Shown in pieces: positions 46,590 to 57,802 of a stretch of DNA of 64,000 nucleotides. The number at the start of each line of letters is the position of its first letter. Positions within the stretch are counted from its first letter, which is position 1. This DNA comes from a bacterium (GTDB lineage Bacteria > UBA8248): the NCBI GenBank assembly GCA_965207065.1, contig OZ242260.1, forward strand, positions 1,952,001 through 2,016,000, read 5' to 3'. The translations under genes and the position numbers were made by a program. Under the pieces are notes generated by a model, which did not search any database, was not told where the DNA came from, and worked only from the letters and a program-made list of their open reading frames with translations.

Positions 46590-49226
46590 ATGAACGAAAA
46601 CCAGGTTTCAGACGCAGATGATAAAGAAAGAAGGAAGCCGGGCCGGACGCGTGACCTGAGCGCCAGACAATCCGTCCGTATTTTCGATAAGCTCGCCACC
46701 AACGTAATCACGATCGGCGGGCTTTTTGTGATTCTGGCCGTTATCGGGATCATGGCGTTTCTCGTCGCAGTGGCGCTGCCGCTGTTCGCCGGAGAAACGA
46801 TAACCGGCTCGGGCGTCTTCCGGGTGGGTGCGTCCAAGAGCGCTCTCCTCAGCGTCGAGGTTGATGATTATAACACCATCGCCGTCCTGGTTTCGAAAAA
46901 CGGCGTGTTGACGCCCGTGCACGCATCAACCGGAAAAGCGCTCAGGCCGTTGAAACTCGATTTTGGAGGTGCGCCGGCGAGCGCTTTCGGGCGAACGCTC
47001 AAGGGCGGAAACGTCGCCTTCGGCTTCCCCGATGGAACGGTCCGGTTCGGTAAAGTCAATTTCAGAACCCAAATATTGCCGGCGGATAGAGTTCCGAAGG
47101 GACTCACCAAAATCGACGCGCGCGATTTCACCGACGGAAAAGTCCTCTTTTCGGAAATTCCGGGCGACCAGATGCGAAAGATCTGGCTGGAGGCGGAACT
47201 CGAGAAGCCGCAGCAGGTAGCCCCGAAAGGCACGCCCATCGTGAAGCTTAACTACAAGGTGGGCGGAACTCCGGAGCGGCCGAGCATCTCCTTCGCCACG
47301 GTGGACGCCAAGGGCGTGGCGCGCCTGAGCCTGACGGAGACCAGGATCAATCTTCTGACGGGGCAGACCACTTCATCGGTGGAAACCGTGGTTCTGCCTG
47401 ATTTGCCGACCGGAACACGCATCGTCGACATACTCCTCACGGAAAAAGCCGACAAGGTGTACATCGGCGTCGAGAAAGGGTTTCTCCTTCGCTACGACAC
47501 CAGGAGCTTCGACGCCATTACCCTCGTGGAAAAGAGCAACCTGCTTCCCATGGACGAGAAGCTGACGGTGTTCAAAGCCCTCATCGGCGAGGAATCCATC
47601 ATCGTGGGAGGCTCCAAGGGGTCTTTGAGCATCTTCTTCCAGGCGCGCAGACCGAGCGCCGCCACCTCGGACGGGCTGGTGCTTGTGCGCGGACACGAAC
47701 TGGAGAGGCACGCCGCGAGCGTTTCGGGTTTTTCCGCCTCCCAGCGCAGCCGGATGTTCACCACGATGGATTCCGGCGGAAACATCTGGCTTCGCCATGC
47801 AACGAGCGAGTCAACGTTGCTTCGCTTCAAGGTGAAGGAGATGGCGAATGGCTCCGCGCGCTTCATCCGACTCTCGCCGCGCGATGACGCAATTGTCGCC
47901 ACAGACGATAAGGGAGTCGTGAATTTCTGGAAATTCGAGGCGGAACACCCCGAGACGACTTTCCAGACGCTGTTCGGCAAGGTCTGGTACGAAGGCTATC
48001 CCAAACCCGAGTATACATGGCAGTCCTCCTCGGGAGACGACGCGTTCGAGGAGAAGATATCCCTCATCCCCCTGATATTCGGAACCATCAAGGGAACGGT
48101 CTATTCCCTGATTTTTGCGATACCCATCGCGGTGCTGGGCGCAATTTTCACCTCCGAATTCATCGGCCCGCAGGTGCGCTCCGTCGTGAAGCCCGCGATG
48201 GAGATGATGGCCTCGCTCCCCTCGGTGGTCCTCGGTTTCGTGGCCGCCCTGATTCTCGCGCCCATCGTGGAGACGTGGATAGCCGCAGTCTTACTCACGT
48301 TCATGCTGATCCCGTTTCTTCTGTTGCTCTCGGCTTATTTATGGCAGGTGATGCCGCCGCGCGTCTCCCTCCCCCTGTCGGGGTTCCCCAAACTCGGGCT
48401 GGTGTTCATCGTAATTATCCTCGGCTCGCTGCTCGGTTTTCTCATCGGACCGGGGTTCGAGAGACTATTATTCGGCGGCGACTTCAAGGCCTGGGCAAAC
48501 GGGAACATCGGGATAGCGACGCCCATGCTGTTCATCATTTTCTATCCCGTATCTTTTATCATTATTGCTTTCGCGGCCGAGCGGTTTTTCGGATATGAAT
48601 GGAGACAAAAACTCAGACAGATGGATCATTCGCGCGGTGCGCTCTTCGAGCTTCTTCGCTGGGCCGGGATGCTGGTCTCCGCCGGACTGCTCAGCTGGCT
48701 CACGGCCGCGGTGCTTACGGCGCTCGGCCTGGACGCGCGCGGCGGGGTCATCGACACCTACGTCCAGCGCAACTCCCTCGTCGTGGGCTTCGCGATGGGC
48801 TTCGCCGTCATCCCGCTCATCTACACCATCGCCGAGGATGCGCTCAACGCTGTGCCGAGCCACCTCAGAGCGGCGAGCCTCGCATGCGGCGCCACCCCCT
48901 GGCAGACGGCCCTTTGGGTCATCCTGCCTACGGCAGCCAGCGGAATTTTCGCCGCCGTGATGATCGGCATGGGCCGCGCGGTGGGTGAAACCATGATCGT
49001 CGTCATGGCGGCGGGCAATACCCCGGTTCTGGACTGGAACATATTCTCGGGCCTCAGGGCGCTTTCGGCGAACATCGCGGTGGAGCTTCCGGAAGCCGTC
49101 AAGGACGGGACGCTTTACCGGGTGTTGTTCCTGGCGGCCCTCGTTCTCTTCGCGATGACGTTCATCGTGAATACGGTTGCAGAAGTGGTTCGTCTCCGAT
49201 TCCGCAAGCGCGCTTCGCAGTTGTGA
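46590..49226 (+). CDS. pstC: Phosphate ABC transporter permease, long form with a large soluble domain
   Basis: LFGKVWYEGY, PLIFGTIKG, EMMASLPSVVLG, MGRAVGETMIV. Confidence 0.9.
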   Translation: MNENQVSDADDKERRKPGRTRDLSARQSVRIFDKLATNVITIGGLFVILAVIGIMAFLVAVALPLFAGETITGSGVFRVGASKSALLSVEVDDYNTIAVLVSKNGVLTPVHASTGKALRPLKLDFGGAPASAFGRTLKGGNVAFGFPDGTVRFGKVNFRTQILPADRVPKGLTKIDARDFTDGKVLFSEIPGDQMRKIWLEAELEKPQQVAPKGTPIVKLNYKVGGTPERPSISFATVDAKGVARLSLTETRINLLTGQTTSSVETVVLPDLPTGTRIVDILLTEKADKVYIGVEKGFLLRYDTRSFDAITLVEKSNLLPMDEKLTVFKALIGEESIIVGGSKGSLSIFFQARRPSAATSDGLVLVRGHELERHAASVSGFSASQRSRMFTTMDSGGNIWLRHATSESTLLRFKVKEMANGSARFIRLSPRDDAIVATDDKGVVNFWKFEAEHPETTFQTLFGKVWYEGYPKPEYTWQSSSGDDAFEEKISLIPLIFGTIKGTVYSLIFAIPIAVLGAIFTSEFIGPQVRSVVKPAMEMMASLPSVVLGFVAALILAPIVETWIAAVLLTFMLIPFLLLLSAYLWQVMPPRVSLPLSGFPKLGLVFIVIILGSLLGFLIGPGFERLLFGGDFKAWANGNIGIATPMLFIIFYPVSFIIIAFAAERFFGYEWRQKLRQMDHSRGALFELLRWAGMLVSAGLLSWLTAAVLTALGLDARGGVIDTYVQRNSLVVGFAMGFAVIPLIYTIAEDALNAVPSHLRAASLACGATPWQTALWVILPTAASGIFAAVMIGMGRAVGETMIVVMAAGNTPVLDWNIFSGLRALSANIAVELPEAVKDGTLYRVLFLAALVLFAMTFIVNTVAEVVRLRFRKRASQL

Positions 49227-49233
49227 GGACAGG

Positions 49234-51060
49234 ATGAAGGCGAAAGATCCGAAACAAAAAAAAGAGAAGAAAGAACCGGAAATACTGATTCGCGAAGGCG
49301 ACTCCGGCAACCACAATGAGCCCCCGCCCGAAGTGGCGCAGGCCGCCGAGGTGGAAACAAGCCCGCCCGGCAGGACGGGTCTTCGCGCATCAATTGATTT
49401 CAAGGCCAGAGGCGAGCCCTTCGTCTGGATCATGGGAGGCGCGCTCGCTCTGGGTGTATTGATGATTGTCGGTTTTCTCGCGCTCGTTCTGTGGAACGGC
49501 ATCGTGACGTTCTATCCCGGGCCCGTCGAGGTAGTGACGCTTAAAAACGGCCAGCGCATCGCTGGCGAACCGTTCCGCTCCGAGAGTTTCCGCCCCTCCC
49601 CCGAGCAGATGAAAGGGCTTGACCCGGAGACCCGGCACATTATCCGGGAAGCGGACGGATTTGCGCATCGTACGCTCTACAGGATCGGCAATTTCGACGT
49701 CTACAACGAGGACTTCAAGTGGGCGGTGGCGCATCAGGTCGCGAAGACCGAGACGCCGCCCGGCATATTCTTCATCGAGCGCAGGGAATGGGGCCCGTTC
49801 ATCGGTTTTATCAAAACACTGACGCTCGATGGCCGCCGTATCCCTGGCGAAAAGGTATCCCTGGATGCGTTGTACGTGGCCCACGATGATGCGGTCGACC
49901 GCCGGGAAGCGATTCGTTCCATAGAGGTGGATGAGATAGGCGCCATCAATTACTACATCGAAGAAGACCGCCTCGCCTTGCGGCGCACCGAACTGGATTA
50001 CGGGAAGAAGAGTGCGGAGTATCGCGCCGAGATGGAGAAGTTCGAACGCCAGACAAAGGAGAGGCGGGCCGGATTCGCTGTGCTCAAGAAGAGAATCGCC
50101 GCGATCAACAAAGAGGATGAGCAATACAAGGTTACCCTAAGCGAGATTGGAGGGCGCGAGAAACACTTAAGGCTCTCCGAGATCGTTCGCATCTACCCGG
50201 CCAACAACCTTTCGTTCTTTGGAAAGATTGGCGTCTATTTCTCCCGGTGGGGGGAGTTTTTAACCGACGATCCGCGTGAGGCGAATACCGAGGGCGGCGT
50301 TTTGCCGGCGATTTTCGGCACCATCATGATGACGCTGCTCATGGTCGTCTTCGTCGCCCCGTTCGGTGTTATCACGGCGCTTTATCTTCGTGAATACGCC
50401 AAGGAGGGCGCTCTGGTATCCATCGTGCGCATTTGCGTGAACAACCTGGCGGGCGTGCCCTCCATCGTCTACGGCGTGTTTGGCCTGGGATTTTTCGCCT
50501 ACACCATCGGTGTGGGTATCGACCAGTTGTTCTATCCCGAGAGACTCCCCAACCCGACGTTTGGCACGGGGGGCTTGTTGTGGGCGTCCCTGACGCTGGC
50601 GCTCCTCACCGTCCCCGTGGTGATCGTGGCGACCGAAGAAGCGCTCACCGCCGTACCCCGCTCCATGCGGGAGGGTTCCCTCGCCTGCGGCGCCTCGAAG
50701 TGGCAGACCATCCGTAACATCGTCCTGCCGCAGGCCATGCCGGGCATCATGACCGGCCTCATACTGGCGATGGCGCGCGGCGCGGGCGAAGTGGCGCCCC
50801 TCATGCTTGTTGGGGTGGTGAAGCTCGCGCCCGAGCTTCCCTTCGATACCTTCTTCCCGTTCCTGCACCCCGAGAGAAGTTTCATGCACCTGGGTTTTCA
50901 CATTTACGACGTGGGATTCCAGTCCAGGAATTCAGAAGCCGGAAAACCGATGGTTTTCGTCACGACGCTTCTTCTGATAACAATCATCGCACTCATGAAC
51001 GCTTTCGCCATCATGATTCGCAACCGCCTTCGACGGAAGTTCGTGGAAGGCCAATTTTAG
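49234..51060 (+). CDS. pstA: Phosphate ABC transporter permease, long form
   Basis: PREANTEGG, YLREYA, LAGVPSIVYG, ARGAGEVAP. Confidence 0.92.
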   Translation: MKAKDPKQKKEKKEPEILIREGDSGNHNEPPPEVAQAAEVETSPPGRTGLRASIDFKARGEPFVWIMGGALALGVLMIVGFLALVLWNGIVTFYPGPVEVVTLKNGQRIAGEPFRSESFRPSPEQMKGLDPETRHIIREADGFAHRTLYRIGNFDVYNEDFKWAVAHQVAKTETPPGIFFIERREWGPFIGFIKTLTLDGRRIPGEKVSLDALYVAHDDAVDRREAIRSIEVDEIGAINYYIEEDRLALRRTELDYGKKSAEYRAEMEKFERQTKERRAGFAVLKKRIAAINKEDEQYKVTLSEIGGREKHLRLSEIVRIYPANNLSFFGKIGVYFSRWGEFLTDDPREANTEGGVLPAIFGTIMMTLLMVVFVAPFGVITALYLREYAKEGALVSIVRICVNNLAGVPSIVYGVFGLGFFAYTIGVGIDQLFYPERLPNPTFGTGGLLWASLTLALLTVPVVIVATEEALTAVPRSMREGSLACGASKWQTIRNIVLPQAMPGIMTGLILAMARGAGEVAPLMLVGVVKLAPELPFDTFFPFLHPERSFMHLGFHIYDVGFQSRNSEAGKPMVFVTTLLLITIIALMNAFAIMIRNRLRRKFVEGQF

Positions 51061-51075
51061 TGGAGACGCATTGAA

Positions 51076-51906
51076 ATGGCGGCTGACGCGGTAACCACCA
51101 GATTGCAGGACGAGTTCGAAGCGACGGCATACCATCCCGTCGAGAGCGCGCTCGGCAGTGTTATCGAGATCGAAGACTTCAACTTCTGGTATGACGAGAA
51201 ACAGGCTCTGTTCAACAACACGCTGAAGATACAGAAAGAGCTCGTCACCTCCCTGATCGGCCCTTCGGGCTGCGGGAAATCCACGCTCCTGCGCTCATTC
51301 AACCGCATGAACGACCTGATCGACGGCATCCGCCGCGATGGGAGCATTTCGATTGAAGGAACCGACATCCACAATCCGCGCGTGGAGGTCATTGAGCTTC
51401 GCAAGCGTCTCGGCATGGTGTTCCAGAAGCCCAATCCCTTCCCGATGTCGATATTCGAGAACGTGGTCTATCCCCTGCGGGTGGACGGAATACGCGACAG
51501 GCGATTGCTGGAGGAAACCTGCGAACGCTCCCTGCGCGACGCCGCGCTCTGGGATGAGGTGTCCGACCGGCTGCAGGACAACGCCCTCGGCCTCTCCGGC
51601 GGGCAGCAGCAGCGCCTCTGCATCGCCCGGGCGATTGCCTCGGAGCCCGAGATCATCCTGATGGACGAGCCCTGCTCGGCGCTGGATCCTATCGCCACCG
51701 CCCGGATCGAGGATCTCATAGCGCAGCTCAAGGAACATTTTTCCATCGTCATCGTGACGCACAACATGCAGCAGGCCGCCCGCGTCTCGGACAACACGGC
51801 CTTCATGTTCCTGGGCCGGTTGATTGAATACGGAGAAACGAAGAAAATTTTCATGAACCCCATGAACGTGCGCACATCCGATTATATTACCGGCCGATTC
51901 GGCTAA
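51076..51906 (+). CDS. pstB: Phosphate ABC transporter ATP-binding protein
   Basis: [40 protein letters not shown]. Confidence 0.95.
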   Translation: MAADAVTTRLQDEFEATAYHPVESALGSVIEIEDFNFWYDEKQALFNNTLKIQKELVTSLIGPSGCGKSTLLRSFNRMNDLIDGIRRDGSISIEGTDIHNPRVEVIELRKRLGMVFQKPNPFPMSIFENVVYPLRVDGIRDRRLLEETCERSLRDAALWDEVSDRLQDNALGLSGGQQQRLCIARAIASEPEIILMDEPCSALDPIATARIEDLIAQLKEHFSIVIVTHNMQQAARVSDNTAFMFLGRLIEYGETKKIFMNPMNVRTSDYITGRFG

Positions 51907-51923
51907 GCGCTGGAGGATATTGC

Positions 51924-52607
51924 ATGGCACTGACGAGCGGAAGAGTACATACGAGTTCGGAATTCGAAAGCGAACTCCAGGAACTCCGACGCGTTCTCCT
52001 GGAATTGGGCGCCAAAGTGGAGGCGATGATGGCGAAGAGCATCGAAAGCCTCACAAAACGTAATTCCGATATCGCGCAGACCGTCATCGAGAGTGACTCG
52101 GAAGTCAACCAACTCGAAATCGACGTGAACGAGCTTTGCCTGCAGATGGTGGCGCTCAGGCAGCCGACTTCGGTGGACCTGCGCTTCATCACGACGGGCC
52201 TCAAAATCGCCTCAGACCTCGAACGGGTGGGCGATCTGGCCGTCAACGTCTGCGAGCGCGCGCTGGAGTTGAACGAGGAACCTCCGCTCAAGCCCTATAT
52301 CGAACTTCCGCGTATGGCCAGCGCTTCGAGCCAGATGCTGCGCGAGAGCCTCGACAGCTTCATCAAGGAAGACGTCGTCCTGGCGCGCAAGGTCATGGCG
52401 AGCGACGACGAAGTGGACGACATGAACGAGGAGTTGTTCCGCGAACTGCTGACCTACATGCTGGACAACCCGCGCAACATCAGCCGCGCGACCCGACTGA
52501 CGTTCATCTCGAAATACTTCGAGAGAATCGCCGATCACGCGACGAACATCGCAGAGGCCGTCGTCTTCATGGTGGAAGGCCGGAACCCCAGACGCGAACT
52601 TGCGTAG
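51924..52607 (+). CDS. phoU: Phosphate signalling complex protein PhoU
   Basis: RQP..VDLR, DLERVGDLA, ERIADHATNIAE. Confidence 0.95.
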   Translation: MALTSGRVHTSSEFESELQELRRVLLELGAKVEAMMAKSIESLTKRNSDIAQTVIESDSEVNQLEIDVNELCLQMVALRQPTSVDLRFITTGLKIASDLERVGDLAVNVCERALELNEEPPLKPYIELPRMASASSQMLRESLDSFIKEDVVLARKVMASDDEVDDMNEELFRELLTYMLDNPRNISRATRLTFISKYFERIADHATNIAEAVVFMVEGRNPRRELA

Positions 52608-52727
52608 TCCCTTACATAACCGATAAACCGTTTTCCCTGCTCCATGTGATTCTGCAGTCGTTCTACGGCCCGTGTTTCAGTGCATTTTCGTTAACGTGTA
52701 AGAGCGGCTTTAACGGATTCCCTCTTC

Positions 52728-53765
52728 TCAATCTGTCATACCCAGCCTGGATTTCAGGAGGTCGAAGTTCGAGGGGTCCATTTTCAGCTCATTGCGGTTG
52801 ATGGCCCGGGCGAGTTCGCTCACGGCGTCGTTGCAGGGAGTGGGAATGCCGAGTTCCTTCCCCTTGCGCGAAACGAGGCCGTTGACGAATTCAATCTCGT
52901 TCTTGCGGCCCTTGATGTGATCGTGAATGGGCGCCGTGCGAGCGCGCGGTCCGGTGTGGCCCGTCATGGTCGTCAGGGCGTTCAGCAGCACCTTGTCCTC
53001 ATCGCCCGCGAAATCATCCGCGCTCAGCCCAAAGACGGGCTCGATGTTGATTCCCATCGCCGTGCCCACCTCTACCGTCTCTTTGCCGAGTCTCACCGCA
53101 ATATCGAAGATTCCGGGAAGTTTGGCGACTTCTCTGTTGTGCAGGCCGATGAGTCCCCAGGGTCCCATGCTCATCGAGTTGACGACGAGCTTCGTCCATT
53201 TCGTGCCCCGGATGTTGGTGGAAATGTCCACCTTGGCGACGTGGCTCAGGATTTTCTGGATCTCCTCGAGACGCGGGGTGATGGAACCGTCCAGTTCGCC
53301 GACGGCGAACCAGGTGCCGGTGCGCGGCGTGTTTCGCTGGACGAAACCCGGGGTGAATATCTCCCCCGAGAGTTCGATGCAGCAGCCCACCACACGCTCC
53401 CGACCGAGAATGGAAGTCGTTATCTCCTCCTCGTTCATGCTGTTCTGGAGTCCCACCAGCACGCCGTCGGGTTTCAGGTGCGGGGCCATGAGTTCAGCCA
53501 TCCAGCGCGTGTCGAAAGATTTCACCGCCAGGAGAATGAGATCGAACTCGGGCTTGGCCGAAGCCAGCTCGCACACGTGGAGGGCCTTGACGCGAACCTT
53601 CAAGTCTAGGTCCGGCATCTGGACGTGGAGTCCGTCTTTTCTCATCGCCTCCACGTGCGCCGGCCACTGATCGACGATGGTGACGTCATAACCCGCATCG
53701 GTTAGGTCTGCGGCGGCGCTGCTGCCGATGGCTCCGGTTCCGAACACGGCGATCTTATCGAACAT
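52728..53765 (-). CDS. Ketopantoate reductase (PanE/ApbA) family protein
   Basis: GTGAIG, LAVKS, LQN, WTKLVVN, EIEFVNG, GIPTP.N. Confidence 0.85.
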   Translation of the reverse strand: MFDKIAVFGTGAIGSSAAADLTDAGYDVTIVDQWPAHVEAMRKDGLHVQMPDLDLKVRVKALHVCELASAKPEFDLILLAVKSFDTRWMAELMAPHLKPDGVLVGLQNSMNEEEITTSILGRERVVGCCIELSGEIFTPGFVQRNTPRTGTWFAVGELDGSITPRLEEIQKILSHVAKVDISTNIRGTKWTKLVVNSMSMGPWGLIGLHNREVAKLPGIFDIAVRLGKETVEVGTAMGINIEPVFGLSADDFAGDEDKVLLNALTTMTGHTGPRARTAPIHDHIKGRKNEIEFVNGLVSRKGKELGIPTPCNDAVSELARAINRNELKMDPSNFDLLKSRLGMTD

Positions 53766-54259
53766 CTATTGCCCTCCCTGGGTTATCATCCGCTGACGAT
53801 TCTGGAATAAAACCATATGTAGCACGCCTCTCCCGGTTTTCACGACCCCCTACGGGTTCGGTTCATCCGGCAACAAACCGCGTTGAAGTGATTTGTGTCT
53901 GTCTTCCGGCTATTGGTTGACACGCAAGTGGCAATCACTAATCATGGAAATAATCTTGAAAAGAGAATAACTGTGCGCGATTTTTTATTTTCGCCGCTGG
54001 AAGGCGGGAGATTTTTGATTCTGCAGAAGGGGAAGGGACTCGCATTTTAGAGCCGGAAATCGGTAAGGGTTTGGTATGTTTTCAGGCATAGTGTCCGACG
54101 CACCATCAAATCGCCATCTTCCCATCCTCTCCCCTTTGTATCGTTTTTCCAAACATCTGCGGGCTTATGCCGCCGCCTCGCGTGAAGCATATGGAACAAC
54201 TGAGAACATGTGGAATCCTGAATGAGGCACACGTTTAGAGGACACCGAATAGAGGAGGA

Positions 54260-55795
54260 GTGAAGATGATGAAAAAGTTTATGATTTTCGGAATGGCCGT
54301 TCTCATGTCGCTGACGCTGATGTCTGGGAGTGCGCTCTCTGCCAAAAAAGATCAGCTTCTCATCGGAATGCCCGGAGACCCGACGACGTTCGACCCCCAC
54401 ATCCGGCTCGGGCTTCCCATGCTTCAGTCCTGGCCCCTCGTGTTCGACAATATTCTGGCGCGTGACATCAAGGGGAAAATCATCCCCGCCCTCGCGACAT
54501 CTTGGCGTTACGTTTCTCCTACGGTGCTGGAGCTCAAGATTCGCAAGGGCGTCAAGTTCCATAACGGAGAGCCCGTCGACGCAAACGCCATTAAGTACAG
54601 TCTCGACAGGCTGTTCGACAAGAAGATAAAAAGCCGCATCCGCAATTTCTACAGGAGTCTCACGAAAGTCGAAGTGGTCGATTCGCACACCGTGCGGCTC
54701 CACACCAAGCATCCCGACCGCTATCTCCTCTCGCCGCTGGCAGATTTCAGCGCAGTGGTTCCGCCGAAGCATTACGGGAGTAACAAACTCAAAGAACTCG
54801 CGCGCAAGCCGGTCGGCAGCGGGCCCTACCGCCTCGTGAAATGGCGCAAGGGCTCCGAGATGGTGTTCGAGGCTGTTTCCGGATACTGGGATAAATCGCG
54901 CCAGCGCGTGAAGAAAGTGATCGTCAAGGTCATTCCCGAGCCGACGACGCGCGTCTCCGCGCTCGTGTCGGGCGCGGTCGACATGATCAAGGACATTCCG
55001 CCCCAGACGGTCCCGATGGCGAAATCCAATCCCAACGTCGACGTCGTCGCCGGCCCCGGCCCCAAGGCGTGCTCGCTCATCATGGTTCTCAAGGACGGAG
55101 CGCCCTGGTCCGACGTGCGCGTGCGCCAGGCGGTGAACCACGCCATCGACAAGGACAGCATCATCAAAAACGTGCTTCAAGGACACGCGACCGCCGCCAT
55201 GGGCACCGTCGTCGGCCCGAACAGTTTCGGCCACAACCCGGCCCTGAAACCTTATGCCTACGATGTGGCCAAGGCGAAGAGCCTCATGAAAGCGGCCGGC
55301 TACGAGAAGGGCTTCACCGTTCCGCTGGTCGTTCCCCTGGGGCGTTACCTCAAAGGCGTGCAGGGTGCGGAGGCCATTGCGGGACAACTCAAGAAGATCA
55401 ACATCAACGTCAAGGTGAAGCCGCTCGAATACGGCGCCTGGCGCAGGAACAGCCGGTCGAAATGGAAGAAGGGTTATGAGCCTTATTGGAATTACGCCTG
55501 CCGCAACGACCTCGCGCTTCACGCGGCCTGGATGTACTCAGGGCTCCTGTACAGCAAATCAACGCATGGCGGCGTGAGGAGCGAGAAGCTGGACAATATG
55601 ATCGTGGGCGCCCGCTCCGAGCCGGACGAGGCCAAGCAGGCGGAGAAATACCGGAAGCTCGCCGCATACATCAGGGAGCAGGCCTTCCTGGGCTTTTTGT
55701 ATCACCTCGACGAGATTTCCGGGAAGAAAAAATCCGTCGACTGGAAGATGCGCTCCACGGGCCTCGTGATCGCAACCGACGCAGGCTGGAAATAA
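54260..55795 (+). CDS. Peptide/nickel ABC transporter substrate-binding protein (family 5)
   Basis: Signal peptide, PALATSW, IRKGVKFHNG, PVGSGPY, DVRVRQAVNHAID. Confidence 0.92.
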   Translation: MKMMKKFMIFGMAVLMSLTLMSGSALSAKKDQLLIGMPGDPTTFDPHIRLGLPMLQSWPLVFDNILARDIKGKIIPALATSWRYVSPTVLELKIRKGVKFHNGEPVDANAIKYSLDRLFDKKIKSRIRNFYRSLTKVEVVDSHTVRLHTKHPDRYLLSPLADFSAVVPPKHYGSNKLKELARKPVGSGPYRLVKWRKGSEMVFEAVSGYWDKSRQRVKKVIVKVIPEPTTRVSALVSGAVDMIKDIPPQTVPMAKSNPNVDVVAGPGPKACSLIMVLKDGAPWSDVRVRQAVNHAIDKDSIIKNVLQGHATAAMGTVVGPNSFGHNPALKPYAYDVAKAKSLMKAAGYEKGFTVPLVVPLGRYLKGVQGAEAIAGQLKKININVKVKPLEYGAWRRNSRSKWKKGYEPYWNYACRNDLALHAAWMYSGLLYSKSTHGGVRSEKLDNMIVGARSEPDEAKQAEKYRKLAAYIREQAFLGFLYHLDEISGKKKSVDWKMRSTGLVIATDAGWK

Positions 55796-55939
55796 AAGGC
55801 GATGCCGCATCTCTCTCCCGGGTGTCGTCTGGAGCGCCCGGGAGAGAACAAAGCCCGAGCACACCGGGAATGACAAACGTGTGACCTCGGGCTGGCGTAA
55901 GGGACAGGGTTTGGGTTTCGCCTTGCAACGGGGGGCGTA

Positions 55940-56857
55940 ATGACGGGATTTATCGTTCGGCGGATGCTTCAGGCCATCGTGCTCATGAAGTTCGTCCTGA
56001 TTTTCGTGTTTCTGCTTTTGCATCTCTCCGGCGACCCCGCCCGGATCATGCTGCCCGACGACGCCACCGAAGAAGACATCGCGGAACTCAGAAACGAGAT
56101 GGGCCTCGACAAGCCCCTGTCGACGCAGTACCTCATCTTCTTCCGCAACGTATTGCGCGGGAACTTCGGCGAATCCTTCGAACACGGTGAATCCGCGCTC
56201 AAGGTCGTACTCGAACACCTGCCGGCGACCATCGAACTCGCCGCGGCCGCGTTCATCATGTCGGTCATCATCGGCCTTCCGTTCGGGTGCATCGCTGCGC
56301 TCAAGGAAAACACCGTCTACGACAAGAGCCTGATGTTCGGGGCCGTGCTGGGCCAGGCGGTTCCCGATTTCTGGCTGGGGCTGATGATGATCCTCCTCTT
56401 CTCCGTGAAGCTGGGGTGGCTCCCGCCGTTCGGCTACGGGGAGCCGGTGCACTTCATCATGCCGACCATCGCCGCAGGCGTCTTTCACACGGCACGCCTC
56501 GCGCGGCTGATGCGTTCCGAAATGCTGGAGGTGCTGAGACAGGATTACATTCTCACGGCGTATTCCAAGGGACTGAATGAGAAGGTCGTGTTGTTCAAGC
56601 ACGCGCTCAAGAATTCGGCCATCCCCATCGTCACCATTCTCGGCCTGGACCTCGCCCTCACGCTGGGGGGAACCGTCATCACCGAAACCGTGTTCGCCTG
56701 GCCCGGCGTGGGGCGCCTGACGGTCGCCGCCATCCACCACCGCGACTACCCCATCGTCCAGGCGGCGGTTTTTCTTCTCGCCCTGGGCTTCGTCGGAATC
56801 AATTTAATGGTGGACATCATCTACACCTATCTCGATCCCAGGATTCAGTACCGATGA
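55940..56857 (+). CDS. Peptide ABC transporter permease (DppB-type)
   Basis: GDPA, LPATIEL, QDYILTAYSKGL, ETVFAWPGVG, RDYP, LDPRI. Confidence 0.92.
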   Translation: MTGFIVRRMLQAIVLMKFVLIFVFLLLHLSGDPARIMLPDDATEEDIAELRNEMGLDKPLSTQYLIFFRNVLRGNFGESFEHGESALKVVLEHLPATIELAAAAFIMSVIIGLPFGCIAALKENTVYDKSLMFGAVLGQAVPDFWLGLMMILLFSVKLGWLPPFGYGEPVHFIMPTIAAGVFHTARLARLMRSEMLEVLRQDYILTAYSKGLNEKVVLFKHALKNSAIPIVTILGLDLALTLGGTVITETVFAWPGVGRLTVAAIHHRDYPIVQAAVFLLALGFVGINLMVDIIYTYLDPRIQYR

Positions 56858-57771
56858 GAGGTGATAGCGATGAAGTCCTCATGACGTCCGAAGAGTTCCA
56901 GCACTTCGACGAGACTCCCTGGTGGCGGCGGCTTGCTCGCTCGCTTATCGCCACGAAATCGGCGATGGCAGGAGCCGTGATATTGCTCATCGTGCTGATT
57001 GCCGCGCTATTCGCACCCCTGCTGGCGCCGCTGGACCCCACTTTGCAATCCCTCACCCGGGTGATGAAGCCGCCCATGTGGGAGGGGGAGGGGCATCTCT
57101 TCCTCCTTGGCACCGACCACCTCGGACGCGACCTCCTGAGCCGGCTGATATACGGGGCGCGCGTGTCCCTCATCGTCGGACTCTCCGCTACGGGCATGGC
57201 GGGGAGCATCGGCCTCATTCTCGGTATGGTGGCGGGCTATTTCGGAGGGCGGGTGGACTATCTGCTGATGCGGCTGGTGGATTTCGTCCTATCGTTTCCG
57301 TTCATTCTGCTGGCTCTGGCGACAATCGCCATACTGGGGCCGAGCCTCTGGCTGATCGTCTCCCTGATCTCGTTTCGCCAGTGGACGGTGTACGCGCGCG
57401 TGGTGCGCGGCAACGTTCTCTCGATTCGCGAGCAGGAGTTCGTCATCGCTTCGCGCGCAGTCGGGGGAAGCGATTTGCGCCTCATCTTCCGCCATGTTCT
57501 GCCCAACGTACTCGCGCCCGTCATCATCATCGGTTCCCTGTACCTGGGGCGGCTGATCGTCATCGAGGCGGGCTTGAGTTTCCTGGGACTGGGCGTCCCG
57601 CCGCCCACGCCCACCTGGGGCGGGCTCCTGGCCGAGGGCCGCTCCTATCTGTATGTCTCATGGTGGATCGTCACGTTCCCGGGACTCGCCATCACCTTCA
57701 CCGTGCTGGGAGCCAATCTCGTGGGCGACTGGCTCAGAGACGTCTTGGACCCGCGTCTGAGGACGCGCTAG
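56854..57771 (+). CDS. Peptide ABC transporter permease (DppC-type)
   Basis: LGTDHLGRD, FRHVLPN, EAGLSFLGLG, GDWLRDVLDPR. Confidence 0.92.
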   Translation: MRGDSDEVLMTSEEFQHFDETPWWRRLARSLIATKSAMAGAVILLIVLIAALFAPLLAPLDPTLQSLTRVMKPPMWEGEGHLFLLGTDHLGRDLLSRLIYGARVSLIVGLSATGMAGSIGLILGMVAGYFGGRVDYLLMRLVDFVLSFPFILLALATIAILGPSLWLIVSLISFRQWTVYARVVRGNVLSIREQEFVIASRAVGGSDLRLIFRHVLPNVLAPVIIIGSLYLGRLIVIEAGLSFLGLGVPPPTPTWGGLLAEGRSYLYVSWWIVTFPGLAITFTVLGANLVGDWLRDVLDPRLRTR

Positions 57772-57802
57772 CGAATACCCGCTCTAATTCAGGAGAAATA
57801 CA

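Noticed and set aside
46590-51060. Unusually long PstC and PstA as novel fusions
   Set aside because: Long forms with large soluble domains are already known in other bacteria.
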